Positions 28,718 to 39,285 of a stretch of DNA of 64,000 bases are shown here, piece after piece. The stretch spans positions 3,521 to 67,520 of the forward strand of contig JAJUIC010000002.1 in the NCBI GenBank assembly GCA_029265595.1. The letters are read 5' to 3'. The number at the start of each line of letters is the position of its first letter. The stretch's first letter is position 1. The notes under the pieces were generated by a model. That model saw only the letters and a program-made list of their open reading frames with translations. It was not told the origin of the DNA and ran no database searches. The position numbers and the translations under genes are program-made. This DNA is from Flavobacteriaceae bacterium (lineage in GTDB: Bacteria > Bacteroidota > Bacteroidia > Flavobacteriales > Flavobacteriaceae).

Positions 28718-30259
28718 ATGTTTACCAAATCAATATGGCATTCATTCAGTGCCCCCACCAGTTTCCCCAGACTTCAGCAAGATCTTGAGGTAGATGTAGC
28801 TATAATAGGAGGCGGTATCACCGGAATCACCGCCGCACAACTACTCTCCGAGGCCGGGTTAAATGTGGTTGTCCTGGAGGCAAGAAAGGTGGGGGGTGGA
28901 ACAACTGCGCACAGTACCGGCAATTTATATTTCACCATTGATCAGGTTCTTTCTTCTCTTCAATCCAAGTATGACAATAAAGTAATACGTGATGTAGTCT
29001 CGTCCCGGCAGGAGGCTCTTGATCTGATAGGCAGAAATATCGAAAAATTTTCCATCGACTGTGACTTTCAGCGCGTTCCCTGGATTTTGTATTCTGAGAG
29101 CAGTAAACACACCGATAAAATTGATCAGGAACTAGACACAGCCAAGGAAGCGGGCGTTGTGATGGAACCAGCTGAGAAAACAGATATTCCGTTCCATGTG
29201 GAGCGTGGAGTCCGGGTGGGTGGCCAGGCACAATTCAATCCACTGAGATACGTGCAGGGTCTGGCCACGGCTTTAGAAAGCTCCCGATGCAGAATCTATG
29301 AAAACACCAGAGTAACACAAATTGAGGAACAGGATAGCGGAGTCATACTAAAAACCCTGAATCACACCATAAAGGCCAAAAATTGTATAGAAGCCACGCA
29401 CACTCCAAAAGGAGTGGAAGTGCAGTTTCATACGGTGCTGGGTCCCTACCGGGAATACGGAGTAGCCGCTATATTGGCAGCTGGCACCTATCCCGAGGGT
29501 ATTTTCTGGGGCTTCTATCAAAATGGTGAAAAAATATCTTTCCGGTCGTACACCAGAGGAGGTGACCAGTATATTATGGCAATAGGACAGCCCCATAAAG
29601 TGGGACAAGCCAGTGACAATCAGAAACATATTGAAAAACTCGAAAGGTTCCTGAAAGACCATTTTGAGATTTCCCAGATCACCCATCGATGGGGCGGGCA
29701 ACATTATAAACCCGCAGATAAATTACCCTATATCGGTAAAAAGAAAGACAACTCCCGGATTTATGTGGCTACGGGATTTTCCACGGACGGCCTCGTCTAT
29801 GGGACCCTCTCTGCCCTATTAATCCGCGACCAAATCACCGGAAAAAGCAACCCTTATTCAAAGCTATATGCCGCCAACAGGTTTACACCTTTTAAATCGG
29901 CTGGAGACTTCGTAAAAGAGAATGTTAATGTAGCAGCGCAATACATCAAGGACCTTCCCTTTTCCAAAAGTGAGGCCGGATTAGACAACCTTAAAATTGG
30001 AGAGGGAAAAATTATTTCCAAGGACGGTCACAAAGTGGCCGCATGCAGAAATGAGCTGGGGGAACTGAAAATGCACTCCGCATTCTGTACACACCTGGCG
30101 TGCGTTGTCCATTGGAACAATGCAGAAAAAACATGGGATTGTCCTTGTCATGGGAGCAGGTTTGACACCGATGGAATGGTTCTCGAGGGACCCGCCCTGC
30201 ACCCCCTCAAGGAAATAAGGAACCATGGAGACGGATCCGAAAGTGTTGAGCGTGAATAG
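28718..30259 (+). CDS. FAD-dependent oxidoreductase with C-terminal Rieske domain (YhfW-like)
   Basis: GGGITG, GGGTT.HSTG; Rieske CTHLAC / CPCHGS. Confidence 0.93.
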   Translation: MFTKSIWHSFSAPTSFPRLQQDLEVDVAIIGGGITGITAAQLLSEAGLNVVVLEARKVGGGTTAHSTGNLYFTIDQVLSSLQSKYDNKVIRDVVSSRQEALDLIGRNIEKFSIDCDFQRVPWILYSESSKHTDKIDQELDTAKEAGVVMEPAEKTDIPFHVERGVRVGGQAQFNPLRYVQGLATALESSRCRIYENTRVTQIEEQDSGVILKTLNHTIKAKNCIEATHTPKGVEVQFHTVLGPYREYGVAAILAAGTYPEGIFWGFYQNGEKISFRSYTRGGDQYIMAIGQPHKVGQASDNQKHIEKLERFLKDHFEISQITHRWGGQHYKPADKLPYIGKKKDNSRIYVATGFSTDGLVYGTLSALLIRDQITGKSNPYSKLYAANRFTPFKSAGDFVKENVNVAAQYIKDLPFSKSEAGLDNLKIGEGKIISKDGHKVAACRNELGELKMHSAFCTHLACVVHWNNAEKTWDCPCHGSRFDTDGMVLEGPALHPLKEIRNHGDGSESVERE

Positions 30260-30301
30260 CATATTTGTTTTGACACTTCCGGTTGGAGTACCCAAAATGA
30301 C

Positions 30302-30790
30302 ATGATGATGGACGATGAACGAAAGAAATGGGCGAAGAAACTTCATAACCTTATCAGGCGGAATGTGCAGCTTTCCGAGACTTATTCCCGTTTACTGCAG
30401 CAGACACCTGAGGGTACGCTGCGCGATTTACTTAAAAATCAAATTCAATGCGCTGCGAAATTCCGGATGGAACTAGAGGAGGAAATCCAAAATCTGAACT
30501 TTGATCTCATATCATTCAAATCCCTGATTATTTTCACCGCCTTCAGAGGTCGGTATCTGGGTACAATCGGTAAGAATGTTCCCCTACTGGTAAAATATAG
30601 CATAAAGCAGAAAAAAACGATTCTCCGCCTGTACCAGAAGGCTTTGTCTCAAATTAACGAGGGATCCATTCGCGAAAAGCTCATGCGACACATAGCCCGC
30701 TCAGAAGAAGAACTACAAAATCTCAGCCTGTATGAATCCACCATACGCAATCACAGGGATTACAAAAATTCTATCTTGAGGGGAAAGTAG
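30302..30790 (+). CDS. Divergent DUF2383/PA2169-like four-helix-bundle protein
   Basis: Helical pattern L.NL..RN....Y...L...F..EL..EI ... LY.KAL......R..L resembles DUF2383; start among three Met codons uncertain. Confidence 0.55.
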   Translation: MMMDDERKKWAKKLHNLIRRNVQLSETYSRLLQQTPEGTLRDLLKNQIQCAAKFRMELEEEIQNLNFDLISFKSLIIFTAFRGRYLGTIGKNVPLLVKYSIKQKKTILRLYQKALSQINEGSIREKLMRHIARSEEELQNLSLYESTIRNHRDYKNSILRGK

Positions 30791-30910
30791 TTATACAGGC
30801 TATTCAACTTGCTGATTTCAGGTTGGGCGTTATTCCCTATTGAGATTTTCTTATCTTGCTCCAAATTTTTTTAAAGCTGCTCTTTTTGCAGCCGTGAAAT
30901 ACACGAGCAA

Positions 30911-33268
30911 ATGAATAAACACTTCTTATTCCTACTGGGACTCCTGCTGTCCCTTGGGACAGTAGCCCAAAAATCAGAACTCAGCGTAGAAATGATCATG
31001 CAGGACCCCGCCTGGATGGGAACCTTTCCTGATCAGGTCCGATGGAGCGAGGACAGCAAAACCATTTATTTCCAATATCGGTCAGAAGGGGATCCAGCCG
31101 ATTCGCTTCACAAGATTTCACTGGGCAGGCTGGACCAGATTGAAAAAGTGGAGCTTCAGGAAGAAAAGACCTTAACCCCTTTTGGCGATTATGATTCCCA
31201 GCGCAACCAAAAGGTTTACTCAGAAGATGGGAAACTAATTTTGCATGACCTGAAAAAGAACCAGAAAGAGGTGCTGGCAGAACTTCCTGGCAGGATTTCA
31301 AATCCAAAATTCATGTCTCAGGATCAGGCCGTTTCTTTCAGTTTCGAGAATAACGCCTACTGGTACACCCTTAAAGAAGGAAGCCTCAGGAAACTCACCA
31401 ACATCCAGTCCGGGAAAAAGAAAGAGAAAAAAGAGCCTGCTTTAAGTGAAAAAGACCAGTTCCTTAAGCAAGAGAACCTGGAGTTATTACAGGTGGTCAG
31501 AAAGCGAGAAGAACAAAGAGAAGCCAGCAAGGCCTACAGGGAAATGACAGCAGAGCCTGAACCATTTGTGTTCTATACGGGAGATAAGCGGGTCACCAGT
31601 TTTCAAGTGTCACCTGATGCGAATTATGTCACCTTCACATTAATGGAAAGAGGGTCTGAGAAGAGAACAGAGGTGCCGGATTACGTGGATGCGTCAGGTT
31701 ATACGGTGGATTTACCTGCCAGAAGTAAGGTTGGAGAAGATCAAACCACTATTGATCTGGCCGTATACAACATCGAAAAAGACACCGTTTATTTTGTAGA
31801 CTTCAAGGAGCTTCCGGGGATTACTGATCTGCCTGATTACGTGGAGGATTACCCCGGCAGAGAGTGGAAAACAGAAGCAAGGGCGGTAATTCCCTCCAAT
31901 GCCTATTTTGCCAATCAAACCAGCAGGGCAGTAATCAACATCAGGAGCAAGGATAATAAAGACCGATGGATCGCGCTCCTGAATCTTGAAGACGGAAGTT
32001 TAACAACCCTGGATCGGCAGCGGGATGAAGCATGGATTGCTGGACCGGGGATAGGCTATACTTATGGAGGGGGAACCCTGGGTTGGCTTCCGGATGACCA
32101 GCACATTTATTTCCAAAGTGAGGAATCGGGATATTCACACCTTTACCTGTTAAATATCAAAAGCGGAGAGAAAAAAGCCTTGACCTCAGGGGCTTATGAG
32201 GTTTTTAATCCTTTTATATCGAAGGATAAAAAATCCTGGTACCTTACCACTTCTGAAGTTCATCCGGGAGAGCGCCACTTTTACAAAATGCCTCTAATGG
32301 GTGGATCTAAAGTGAAACTCACCACCATGACAGGAAATAACCAGGTGAGTTTATCACCAGATGAAAAATACATGGCCATTCGGCATTCCTATAGTAATAA
32401 ACCATGGGAATTGTATTTGAAGAAAACCCAGGCAAGAGATCAGGCAAAACAACTCACGAGGGGGGAATCGCAGGCTTTTCAGGAATATGCCTGGAGGGAT
32501 CCGCAGCTAGTTAATTTTGAAGCCGCTGACGGCGCTATGGTTCCTGCCCGTTTATACCTACCGCAACAGGAAGTGAACAACGGAGCTGCAGTTATTTTTG
32601 TCCATGGTGCCGGCTATCTTCAGAATGTACACAAATGGTGGTCGAGTTATTTCAGGGAGTATATGTTCCACAACCTACTGACGGATTTAGGGTATACGGT
32701 CTTAGATATCGATTATCGGGGAAGTGCTGGTTATGGCAGAGACTGGAGAACCGGTATCTATAGACATATGGGAGGAAAAGACCTTTCTGATCAGGTGGAT
32801 GGCGTAAAATACCTGGTTCAAGAGCATAATGTGGATCCGGATCGAATCGGAATATACGGAGGGAGCTATGGAGGCTTCATTACTTTAATGGCACTCTTTA
32901 CGGAGGCAGACACCTTTACCTCCGGCGCTGCATTACGGTCAGTAACAGATTGGGCCCATTACAACCACGGCTACACCTCCAACATTCTCAATGAACCTCA
33001 TAATGATCCCATAGCATACAGAAGATCCTCCCCCATATATTTTGCCGAAGGCCTTGAGGGTAATTTACTCATTGCACATGGAATGGTGGATATTAATGTT
33101 CATTTTCAGGATGTGGTTCGCCTGGCTCAACGGCTAATAGAACTTGGAAAAGACAACTGGGAAATGGCAGTCTATCCTGTCGAGGATCACGGTTTCGTAG
33201 AACCCAGCAGCTGGACCGATGAGTATAAGAGGATTTTAAAATTATTTGAGGAAACTTTGAGGGAATAA
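30911..33268 (+). CDS. S9 family (DPP IV-like) secreted serine peptidase
   Basis: Signal peptide, beta-propeller region, GGSYGG, HGMVDINV, EDHGF. Confidence 0.93.
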   Translation: MNKHFLFLLGLLLSLGTVAQKSELSVEMIMQDPAWMGTFPDQVRWSEDSKTIYFQYRSEGDPADSLHKISLGRLDQIEKVELQEEKTLTPFGDYDSQRNQKVYSEDGKLILHDLKKNQKEVLAELPGRISNPKFMSQDQAVSFSFENNAYWYTLKEGSLRKLTNIQSGKKKEKKEPALSEKDQFLKQENLELLQVVRKREEQREASKAYREMTAEPEPFVFYTGDKRVTSFQVSPDANYVTFTLMERGSEKRTEVPDYVDASGYTVDLPARSKVGEDQTTIDLAVYNIEKDTVYFVDFKELPGITDLPDYVEDYPGREWKTEARAVIPSNAYFANQTSRAVINIRSKDNKDRWIALLNLEDGSLTTLDRQRDEAWIAGPGIGYTYGGGTLGWLPDDQHIYFQSEESGYSHLYLLNIKSGEKKALTSGAYEVFNPFISKDKKSWYLTTSEVHPGERHFYKMPLMGGSKVKLTTMTGNNQVSLSPDEKYMAIRHSYSNKPWELYLKKTQARDQAKQLTRGESQAFQEYAWRDPQLVNFEAADGAMVPARLYLPQQEVNNGAAVIFVHGAGYLQNVHKWWSSYFREYMFHNLLTDLGYTVLDIDYRGSAGYGRDWRTGIYRHMGGKDLSDQVDGVKYLVQEHNVDPDRIGIYGGSYGGFITLMALFTEADTFTSGAALRSVTDWAHYNHGYTSNILNEPHNDPIAYRRSSPIYFAEGLEGNLLIAHGMVDINVHFQDVVRLAQRLIELGKDNWEMAVYPVEDHGFVEPSSWTDEYKRILKLFEETLRE

Positions 33269-33475
33269 AGTCGGCAGGACTTACATTTGCATTTGTCATT
33301 TTCACCATGAACAAGACGGCACCTCCTATAGAGGAACCAATTGCTTGTAGTATTGAATAAATCCTGGAGTACTGTCTGGCCACGGGCAGTACTTTTGGTT
33401 TATGGAAGTTCCTAATGAATAGAATTGGTATAAAGGCCTTTGAAAGTGGAGTGACATAATTTTTAAAGAGATACC

Positions 33476-34861
33476 ATGGCAAGTAGAGGTAGTTTTTCAG
33501 GTAGAATTGGATTTGTAGCGGCAGCGGCAGGATCCGCAGTAGGTTTGGGAAATATTTGGCAGTTCCCTTATGTGGCTGGTGTTAATGGAGGAGGGGCTTT
33601 TCTGATTGTCTACGTCTTTTGGATATTTGTAATTGGTCTGCCCATTATGGTTGGCGAAATTGCTTTGGGAAGGCACACCAAAATGAACCCCTACGGCGCA
33701 TACCGCGCCCTGGGCGGGAAGGCTTGGGGGCTAGTGGGAATCCTGGGAATTCTTTGTGCCACCATGATTCTTACTTTTTACAACGTGGTATCGGGCTGGG
33801 CATTCGGGTATTTTGTGGAAACAGTAAAAGGAACCCTTCTGGAGAAAGAAAATTACAGTTCTTTTTTTCAAGGCTATGTGTCCGATATCAGCAATAACTT
33901 TTTCTTCAGCTTGGTTTTCATGGTCATTACGGCTTTCATCGTGATGAGAGGTATAAAAAAAGGCATCGAGGGAACTGCAAAGATATTGATGCCCACTTTG
34001 TTGGTGATCCTGATTCTCATAAGTATTTACGGACTTACCCTTCCAGGAGCAATGGAGGGCGTTCGCTTTTATATTTTTCCTGACTTTAGTCAAATCAATG
34101 GATCCGTTATTTATGCTGCGCTGGGGCAAGCCTTTTTCTCGCTGAGTTTAGGTCTTGGGGGACTCATTACCTATGGTTCCTACGTTAGTAAAAAAGAAAA
34201 TATCGTGAGTTCTGCAGCCATGGTTACCGTTACCGATTCAATCGTGGCGTTTTTAGCGGGTATGATGATTTTCCCATTGGTTTTTGCCATGGGCCAATCT
34301 CCCAGTGAAGGGCCGGGACTGGTATTTGTAGCGCTTCCCGCTATCTTTCAGGCGATGGGTCCTGTTCTCGGCACCTTGGTTGGCGCTCTGTTCTTCCTGC
34401 TTTTGTGTTTTGCTGCCCTCACCTCCACCATTTCACTCCTGGAAATCCCCGTTGCCTACCTGCGAGATGAACACAAGTTCTCACGAAAAAAGGCAGTTAT
34501 CATTATGGCCACGATTATCTTCCTGCTGGGACTGCCCAGTATGCTGAGCTTCGGAACCGTGGAGACCTTCACCAATTTCGTCTCCTATCAGGGGCAGTCC
34601 AAATCCTTTATGGATCTCATTACCGACATATTCTCTGTCATTGCCCTACCCCTTGGCGGATTCTTAATGAGCGTGTTCATTGCCACGCGCTGGAAAACTC
34701 GTAACCTCTCTGCAGAAATCACTCAGGGTTATAGCGGGTATGCCGGTTCCATAATAGAGAAAATCATCAATTTCATCATGGTTTACGTAGCTCCTCTGGC
34801 CCTTGGGCTAATGTTTGTGTTAACGGTATTAGAGAAGTTTTTCGGGATTCAGTTGTTGTAA
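33476..34861 (+). CDS. Sodium-dependent transporter (NSS/SNF family)
   Basis: GSAVGLGNIWQFPY, GQAFFSLSLG, GPGLVF, AALTS. Confidence 0.94.
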   Translation: MASRGSFSGRIGFVAAAAGSAVGLGNIWQFPYVAGVNGGGAFLIVYVFWIFVIGLPIMVGEIALGRHTKMNPYGAYRALGGKAWGLVGILGILCATMILTFYNVVSGWAFGYFVETVKGTLLEKENYSSFFQGYVSDISNNFFFSLVFMVITAFIVMRGIKKGIEGTAKILMPTLLVILILISIYGLTLPGAMEGVRFYIFPDFSQINGSVIYAALGQAFFSLSLGLGGLITYGSYVSKKENIVSSAAMVTVTDSIVAFLAGMMIFPLVFAMGQSPSEGPGLVFVALPAIFQAMGPVLGTLVGALFFLLLCFAALTSTISLLEIPVAYLRDEHKFSRKKAVIIMATIIFLLGLPSMLSFGTVETFTNFVSYQGQSKSFMDLITDIFSVIALPLGGFLMSVFIATRWKTRNLSAEITQGYSGYAGSIIEKIINFIMVYVAPLALGLMFVLTVLEKFFGIQLL

Positions 34862-34935
34862 GGCTGCTAAATTCAAATTGGGTTTGGTTTCGATAATTTT
34901 TGCTACCTTTAATGTTCAACCTTAACCAAAGACTG

Positions 34936-35382
34936 ATGAAAAACATACTGGTAGCCGTCCATTACACCAAAAATGCAGAAAACCTTTTAGGGGAAGCACG
35001 AAAATTGGCGGAAGCTTTTCATTCCAAAGTTTGGATTCTTCACGTAACCGAACCGGATCCTGAGGACTATAGAAGCTTAGAGGCGGGACCTCAGTTCGCT
35101 CAGGATAAACGAGTTGAGAAAAGAAAGAGAAAGGCCAAGATCATGAAAGAACTCGCTGAGAAGATGCAGAGTGACGGAATCCAGGCAGAGAGTATAGTCA
35201 TTGATGGTCCTACAGCTAAAACCATTAAAAACACCGTTAATGAACTGAATATTGACCTGGTCATTGCGGGCCACCAAAAGAAGAACTTTTTCTATCAGTT
35301 ATTCGTGGGAAACCGAGAAAAAGAAATTATTGACAAGCTTCATGTGCCTGTTTTAATCGTTCCTCTACCCACTACCACCTAA
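34936..35382 (+). CDS. Universal stress protein
   Basis: MKNILVAV, LHV, G.T..I, DLVIAG, VPVLIVP. Confidence 0.9.
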   Translation: MKNILVAVHYTKNAENLLGEARKLAEAFHSKVWILHVTEPDPEDYRSLEAGPQFAQDKRVEKRKRKAKIMKELAEKMQSDGIQAESIVIDGPTAKTIKNTVNELNIDLVIAGHQKKNFFYQLFVGNREKEIIDKLHVPVLIVPLPTTT

Positions 35383-35409
35383 TTCTGCAAATCGGGAAAT
35401 TTCCTTCAC

Positions 35410-36471
35410 ATGAAAAATCTTCAGGTGGGCCTGGCTGGTTTTGGCCCTGGAGGCCATATTTTCAACGCTCCAATTATCGAAAGCACAGCGGGATTCTTGA
35501 TCTCCGCTGCCATGACCTCCAATCCCCAAAACAGGAAAGTGGCCAGAGAAAAATACCCACAGGCGGACGTTGTGACGGAATATGAACAGCTCCTGGAGAA
35601 CGATCAACTTGATTTAATCGTGATAACCACTCCCAACCATACTCATTATCCGATGGCCAAGAAAGCCCTTTTGGCAGGGAAACATGTGGTAGTGGAAAAA
35701 CCCTTCACCGTCACCACTCGTGAGGCTGAGGATCTCATCAGGCTTTCGCAAGAGCAACAACTGGTACTTAGCATCAATCACAATCGCAGATGGGACAGTG
35801 ACTTCCAGACCGTCCGCCGGGTCATTGCTTCTAATAGACTAGGCAAAGTTGTCGAGTATCAGGCTCATTTCGATCGGTTCAGAAATTACATCAAGCCCGG
35901 CTGGAAGGAACAAAAAGAGGTTCCAGGGAGTGGTATTCTATACGATCTGGGAAGTCATTTAATTGACCAGGCCCTATTGTTGTTTGGTTTTCCCGCGGAG
36001 GTCTTTGCCATCCTCTCTTCACAACGCGCCGATTCAACGGTAACGGACAGATTTGAAGTTTATCTTCTTTATCCTGATTTAAAAGTGCGTTTATCTGCAG
36101 GGATGCTCGTTAAAAAGCCAGGACCCCGTTACACTTTACTGGGCCAAAAGGGCAGCTTCCTGAAATTCGGAATGGACCCGCAGGAAGAGGCCCTTAAAGC
36201 AGGACAGACCCCCAGCACAACGCCTGATTGGGGGGTCGAAGAGCCACATTTATGGGGAGAGCTTCATTTGGATAACAATGGCGATACTCATCTGGAAAAG
36301 ATTAAAAGCGAATCTGGAGATTACCGCAAGTTCTACCAGAACATCTACCAGGCCATCGTTAATAAAGTCCCCCTTGAAGTCACACCTGAACAAGCTAAAA
36401 GGGTCATCCAGATTATTGAAGCCGCCTACCGTAGCCACATGTCAAAACAAGTTGTCAAAGTACAGGAGTAA
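35410..36471 (+). CDS. Gfo/Idh/MocA family oxidoreductase (YdgJ-like)
   Basis: TPNHTH, VEKP, HNRRWDSDF, GILYDLGSHLIDQ. Confidence 0.92.
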   Translation: MKNLQVGLAGFGPGGHIFNAPIIESTAGFLISAAMTSNPQNRKVAREKYPQADVVTEYEQLLENDQLDLIVITTPNHTHYPMAKKALLAGKHVVVEKPFTVTTREAEDLIRLSQEQQLVLSINHNRRWDSDFQTVRRVIASNRLGKVVEYQAHFDRFRNYIKPGWKEQKEVPGSGILYDLGSHLIDQALLLFGFPAEVFAILSSQRADSTVTDRFEVYLLYPDLKVRLSAGMLVKKPGPRYTLLGQKGSFLKFGMDPQEEALKAGQTPSTTPDWGVEEPHLWGELHLDNNGDTHLEKIKSESGDYRKFYQNIYQAIVNKVPLEVTPEQAKRVIQIIEAAYRSHMSKQVVKVQE

Positions 36472-36481
36472 AATCGACTCC

Positions 36482-37864
36482 TTATCCACTCTTTTCCATT
36501 CTCTTAAAATAACTCTTAGCTTCCTTCAGGGCTCGAGGCGCCAATACCAGGGTGACAAACATCGTTGGGATCGCCATTAAAGCGAAAAAGCTATCGATCA
36601 AATTGATCATCATACTGAGCGAGGTCGTTGCGCCCACTAATATACTGATGACGTAAAAATAGTTATAATAATGTCCGCGCTCCGCTCCTATTAGAAAGGA
36701 AAGACATTTGGTACCGTAGTAAGAGTACGAAAAGAGCGAGGAGATACTGAAGACCGCTATGCAAATCAAGAGTAAATAATCTCCCATTCCGGGTATTGAT
36801 TCCCGGAAGGCAGCTGCCGTCAGACTAACCCCGTTCTCATCGGTTGACTGCCAAACCCCCGTCACAAGAATGGCCAGGGCAGTCAGAGTACATACAATAA
36901 GGGTGTCGATTGCAGGTCCTAACATGGCTACCAGGCCCTCTCGAACAGGTTCCTTGGTTTTAACCGCACCATGTGCCATGGCGGCGGTTCCTATACCTGC
37001 CTCATTGGAAAAAGCGGCACGTCTAATACCCAAAATGATCAAACCCCCAACCATACCTCCGAACAAACTGTCCCCCCGGTAAAACTCAGCTGAAAAGGCA
37101 TCCGTGAAAATCAGGGAAAAGTAATAGGGAACCAAATCGATATTGATAAGCAAGATGGCACCAACTGATAGAAAATAGAGAATGACCATAAACGGCACCA
37201 TGCTGGACACGGTTTTACTAATTCTACTAAGGCCTCCATATATTACTATGGATGTAATTAGAACCAATACAATTCCGATAATCAGGTTTGAGGTAAAACT
37301 GACATCAACGCCGTTGGGCGTGAGTAAAATGAAATTAATGGCTTGCGTCAGCTGGTTGGAATTAAAAACCGGCAAAGCCCCTATTAACCCCGCCAAACTG
37401 AAAAAAGCGGCTAAGAACCACCACTTTTTCCCAAGACCTTCTGTGATAATGTACATGGGACCTCCCTGAAGCTTTCCTTCGGAGTCTTTACCACGATACA
37501 TCACCGCAAGGGTGTTGGTAAAGAATTTGGTTGCCATTCCTATGATAGCACTTACCCACATCCAAAAAATCGCTCCCGGTCCCCCTATCGCTATAGCTAC
37601 GGCCACTCCCGCAATATTCCCCATTCCAATTGTAGACGACAAGGCGGTGGACAGTGACTGAAAGTGACTTATTTCCCCCGGATCATTAGGATCATCATAT
37701 TTTCCACGCAGCAGATCAACGGCGTGTTTCAGGTATCGAAATGGCAGGAATCTCGAATAAATCAACAGTGCAATTCCTCCTCCGGTAAGAAGGATCACAA
37801 GGGGGAGCCCCCATACGAAGGAGGCGAAATCAGAAATAAACTGATCGAAGTCGAGTTTTATCAT
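36482..37864 (-). CDS. Alanine/glycine:cation symporter family protein
   Basis: TIGMGNIAGVA..GGPGAIFWMW, GGPMY, FSNEAGIG, IDTLIVCT. Confidence 0.94.
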   Translation of the reverse strand: MIKLDFDQFISDFASFVWGLPLVILLTGGGIALLIYSRFLPFRYLKHAVDLLRGKYDDPNDPGEISHFQSLSTALSSTIGMGNIAGVAVAIAIGGPGAIFWMWVSAIIGMATKFFTNTLAVMYRGKDSEGKLQGGPMYIITEGLGKKWWFLAAFFSLAGLIGALPVFNSNQLTQAINFILLTPNGVDVSFTSNLIIGIVLVLITSIVIYGGLSRISKTVSSMVPFMVILYFLSVGAILLINIDLVPYYFSLIFTDAFSAEFYRGDSLFGGMVGGLIILGIRRAAFSNEAGIGTAAMAHGAVKTKEPVREGLVAMLGPAIDTLIVCTLTALAILVTGVWQSTDENGVSLTAAAFRESIPGMGDYLLLICIAVFSISSLFSYSYYGTKCLSFLIGAERGHYYNYFYVISILVGATTSLSMMINLIDSFFALMAIPTMFVTLVLAPRALKEAKSYFKRMEKSG

Positions 37865-38179
37865 AAAAACAAATATAAGTGAACGCTATCTTAACCTCCA
37901 AAAAAATAAGCATATACAAAGCCCAGGAAAATTTCTACCCCTCAGGATTATAATCTTCCAGAATGCATTTTAAAGAAGGGATAATGCATGGTTGGGCCAC
38001 TGCCGATGGCCTCACTCGAACCATCACACTTAACTATTACAACCTCTACTATTTTTTGGACAATAAGAAAATGGGGACTAATGCTATTATTAAGTAATTT
38101 GGTAAATTACAGCCCTATGTGACTGAAGCACAAACACCTGTGGGAGCCCATTTGGACGAAAAAATTAGCAGCCTCCGAC

Positions 38180-38203
38180 GCAACCTTTGGAAAGATTTGA
38201 GTC
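38180..38203 (+). promoter_or_regulatory. Candidate ECF sigma promoter (GCAACC-N15-GTC)
   Basis: AAC-containing -35 and GTC -10, about 40 nt upstream of the lipoprotein-ECF operon. Confidence 0.5.
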
Positions 38204-38241
38204 ATATGGGTAAGTAACAACTTAATTATAAACAGAAACTC

Positions 38242-38709
38242 ATGAAAAAATTGATTGCCCTATTTGGCCTTCTCCTGATCTTCACCAGTTGCGATTTAGA
38301 TGACGATGGGCCGCAGTACTACAACTCCTTGGCAAAAGTGGTTGATATTGATTTACCTGAGTATCTTACTTATGGGGAGCAAGATACTATTGTAGTGACT
38401 TATAAGCTCCCAACAGCCTGCCACAAGGGGCTGGGATTGCAGCACAACCGGGGACAAGGATCTGTCGAAGAGCGTAGAACCATTTACATTGCCGGAGTGG
38501 TTTCAGTAGATGCCGCACTTACCGAATGCAACATTGATGCAGAGGATGAGGAATTGTTAGAAGAGGTGGAGGCATTTTTAGTTGTGGACGAAAAAGAACC
38601 TTATACCTTTAAACTTTTCCAGGGGATGGATGTCGACAACAAACCTATTTATCAAACAATCGTGCGAGAAGTCAGAGATCCGGACGCGGATCCGGATCCA
38701 GAGGCATAA
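38242..38709 (+). CDS. Acidic lipoprotein of unknown function (possibly NigD-like)
   Basis: Lipobox FTS-C followed by DLDDD; predicted beta-rich; two further Cys. Confidence 0.8.
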   Translation: MKKLIALFGLLLIFTSCDLDDDGPQYYNSLAKVVDIDLPEYLTYGEQDTIVVTYKLPTACHKGLGLQHNRGQGSVEERRTIYIAGVVSVDAALTECNIDAEDEELLEEVEAFLVVDEKEPYTFKLFQGMDVDNKPIYQTIVREVRDPDADPDPEA

Positions 38710-38742
38710 CTCTTAAGTTACCACCTTATAAAGCTGTCTTGA

Positions 38743-39285
38743 GTGAACATTAAAAAGCTTGTGCAACTATGCAAAAAGCAAGACAGAGAGGCACAGGAAA
38801 AGCTTTACCGGCAATATTCGGGGAAGCTTTTCCTGATGTGCCTCAAGTATTCTGATGACCAGCAGGAAGCTGAAGACACTTTACAGGATGGATTTATTAA
38901 GATCTTCGAAAAGATTGACTCTTATAAGGGAACAGGTTCTTTCGAAGGCTGGATGTCACGAATCATGATCAACACCGCCATCAACCGTCAAAAGCAAAAA
39001 CGTCTTTTCCTTACCATTTCCGACGATTATCCTGAAGTGGAAGATTTTGAACTTCCCACGGAATCGGTGGATTTGGAAGTATTGCTTCGGACGATCCAGG
39101 AATTACCCCTAAAATACCGTATGGTTTTCAACCTCTTTGTGCTGGACGGGTATTCCCATAAAGAGATTGCCGCGATGCTCGATATTTCTGAAGGCACTTC
39201 AAAGTCTAACCTTTCTAGAGCCCGAGATCTTTTAAAGAAAAAATTGTCGGAATACTTCCGTGATAATACCAAGAAATCCTTATGA
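38743..39285 (+). CDS. ECF-type RNA polymerase sigma-70 factor
   Basis: AQEKLY, EAEDTLQDGFIKIF, GSFEGW.SRI, YSHKEIA.ML.ISEGTSKSNLSRAR; GTG start. Confidence 0.95.
   Translation: MNIKKLVQLCKKQDREAQEKLYRQYSGKLFLMCLKYSDDQQEAEDTLQDGFIKIFEKIDSYKGTGSFEGWMSRIMINTAINRQKQKRLFLTISDDYPEVEDFELPTESVDLEVLLRTIQELPLKYRMVFNLFVLDGYSHKEIAAMLDISEGTSKSNLSRARDLLKKKLSEYFRDNTKKSL

Noticed and set aside
37878-38179. Possible glycine riboswitch or small ORF upstream of the alanine/glycine symporter
   Set aside because: The -7 box lies 5 nt from the symporter ATG, so there is no leader; only a weak hairpin and no aptamer consensus were seen.
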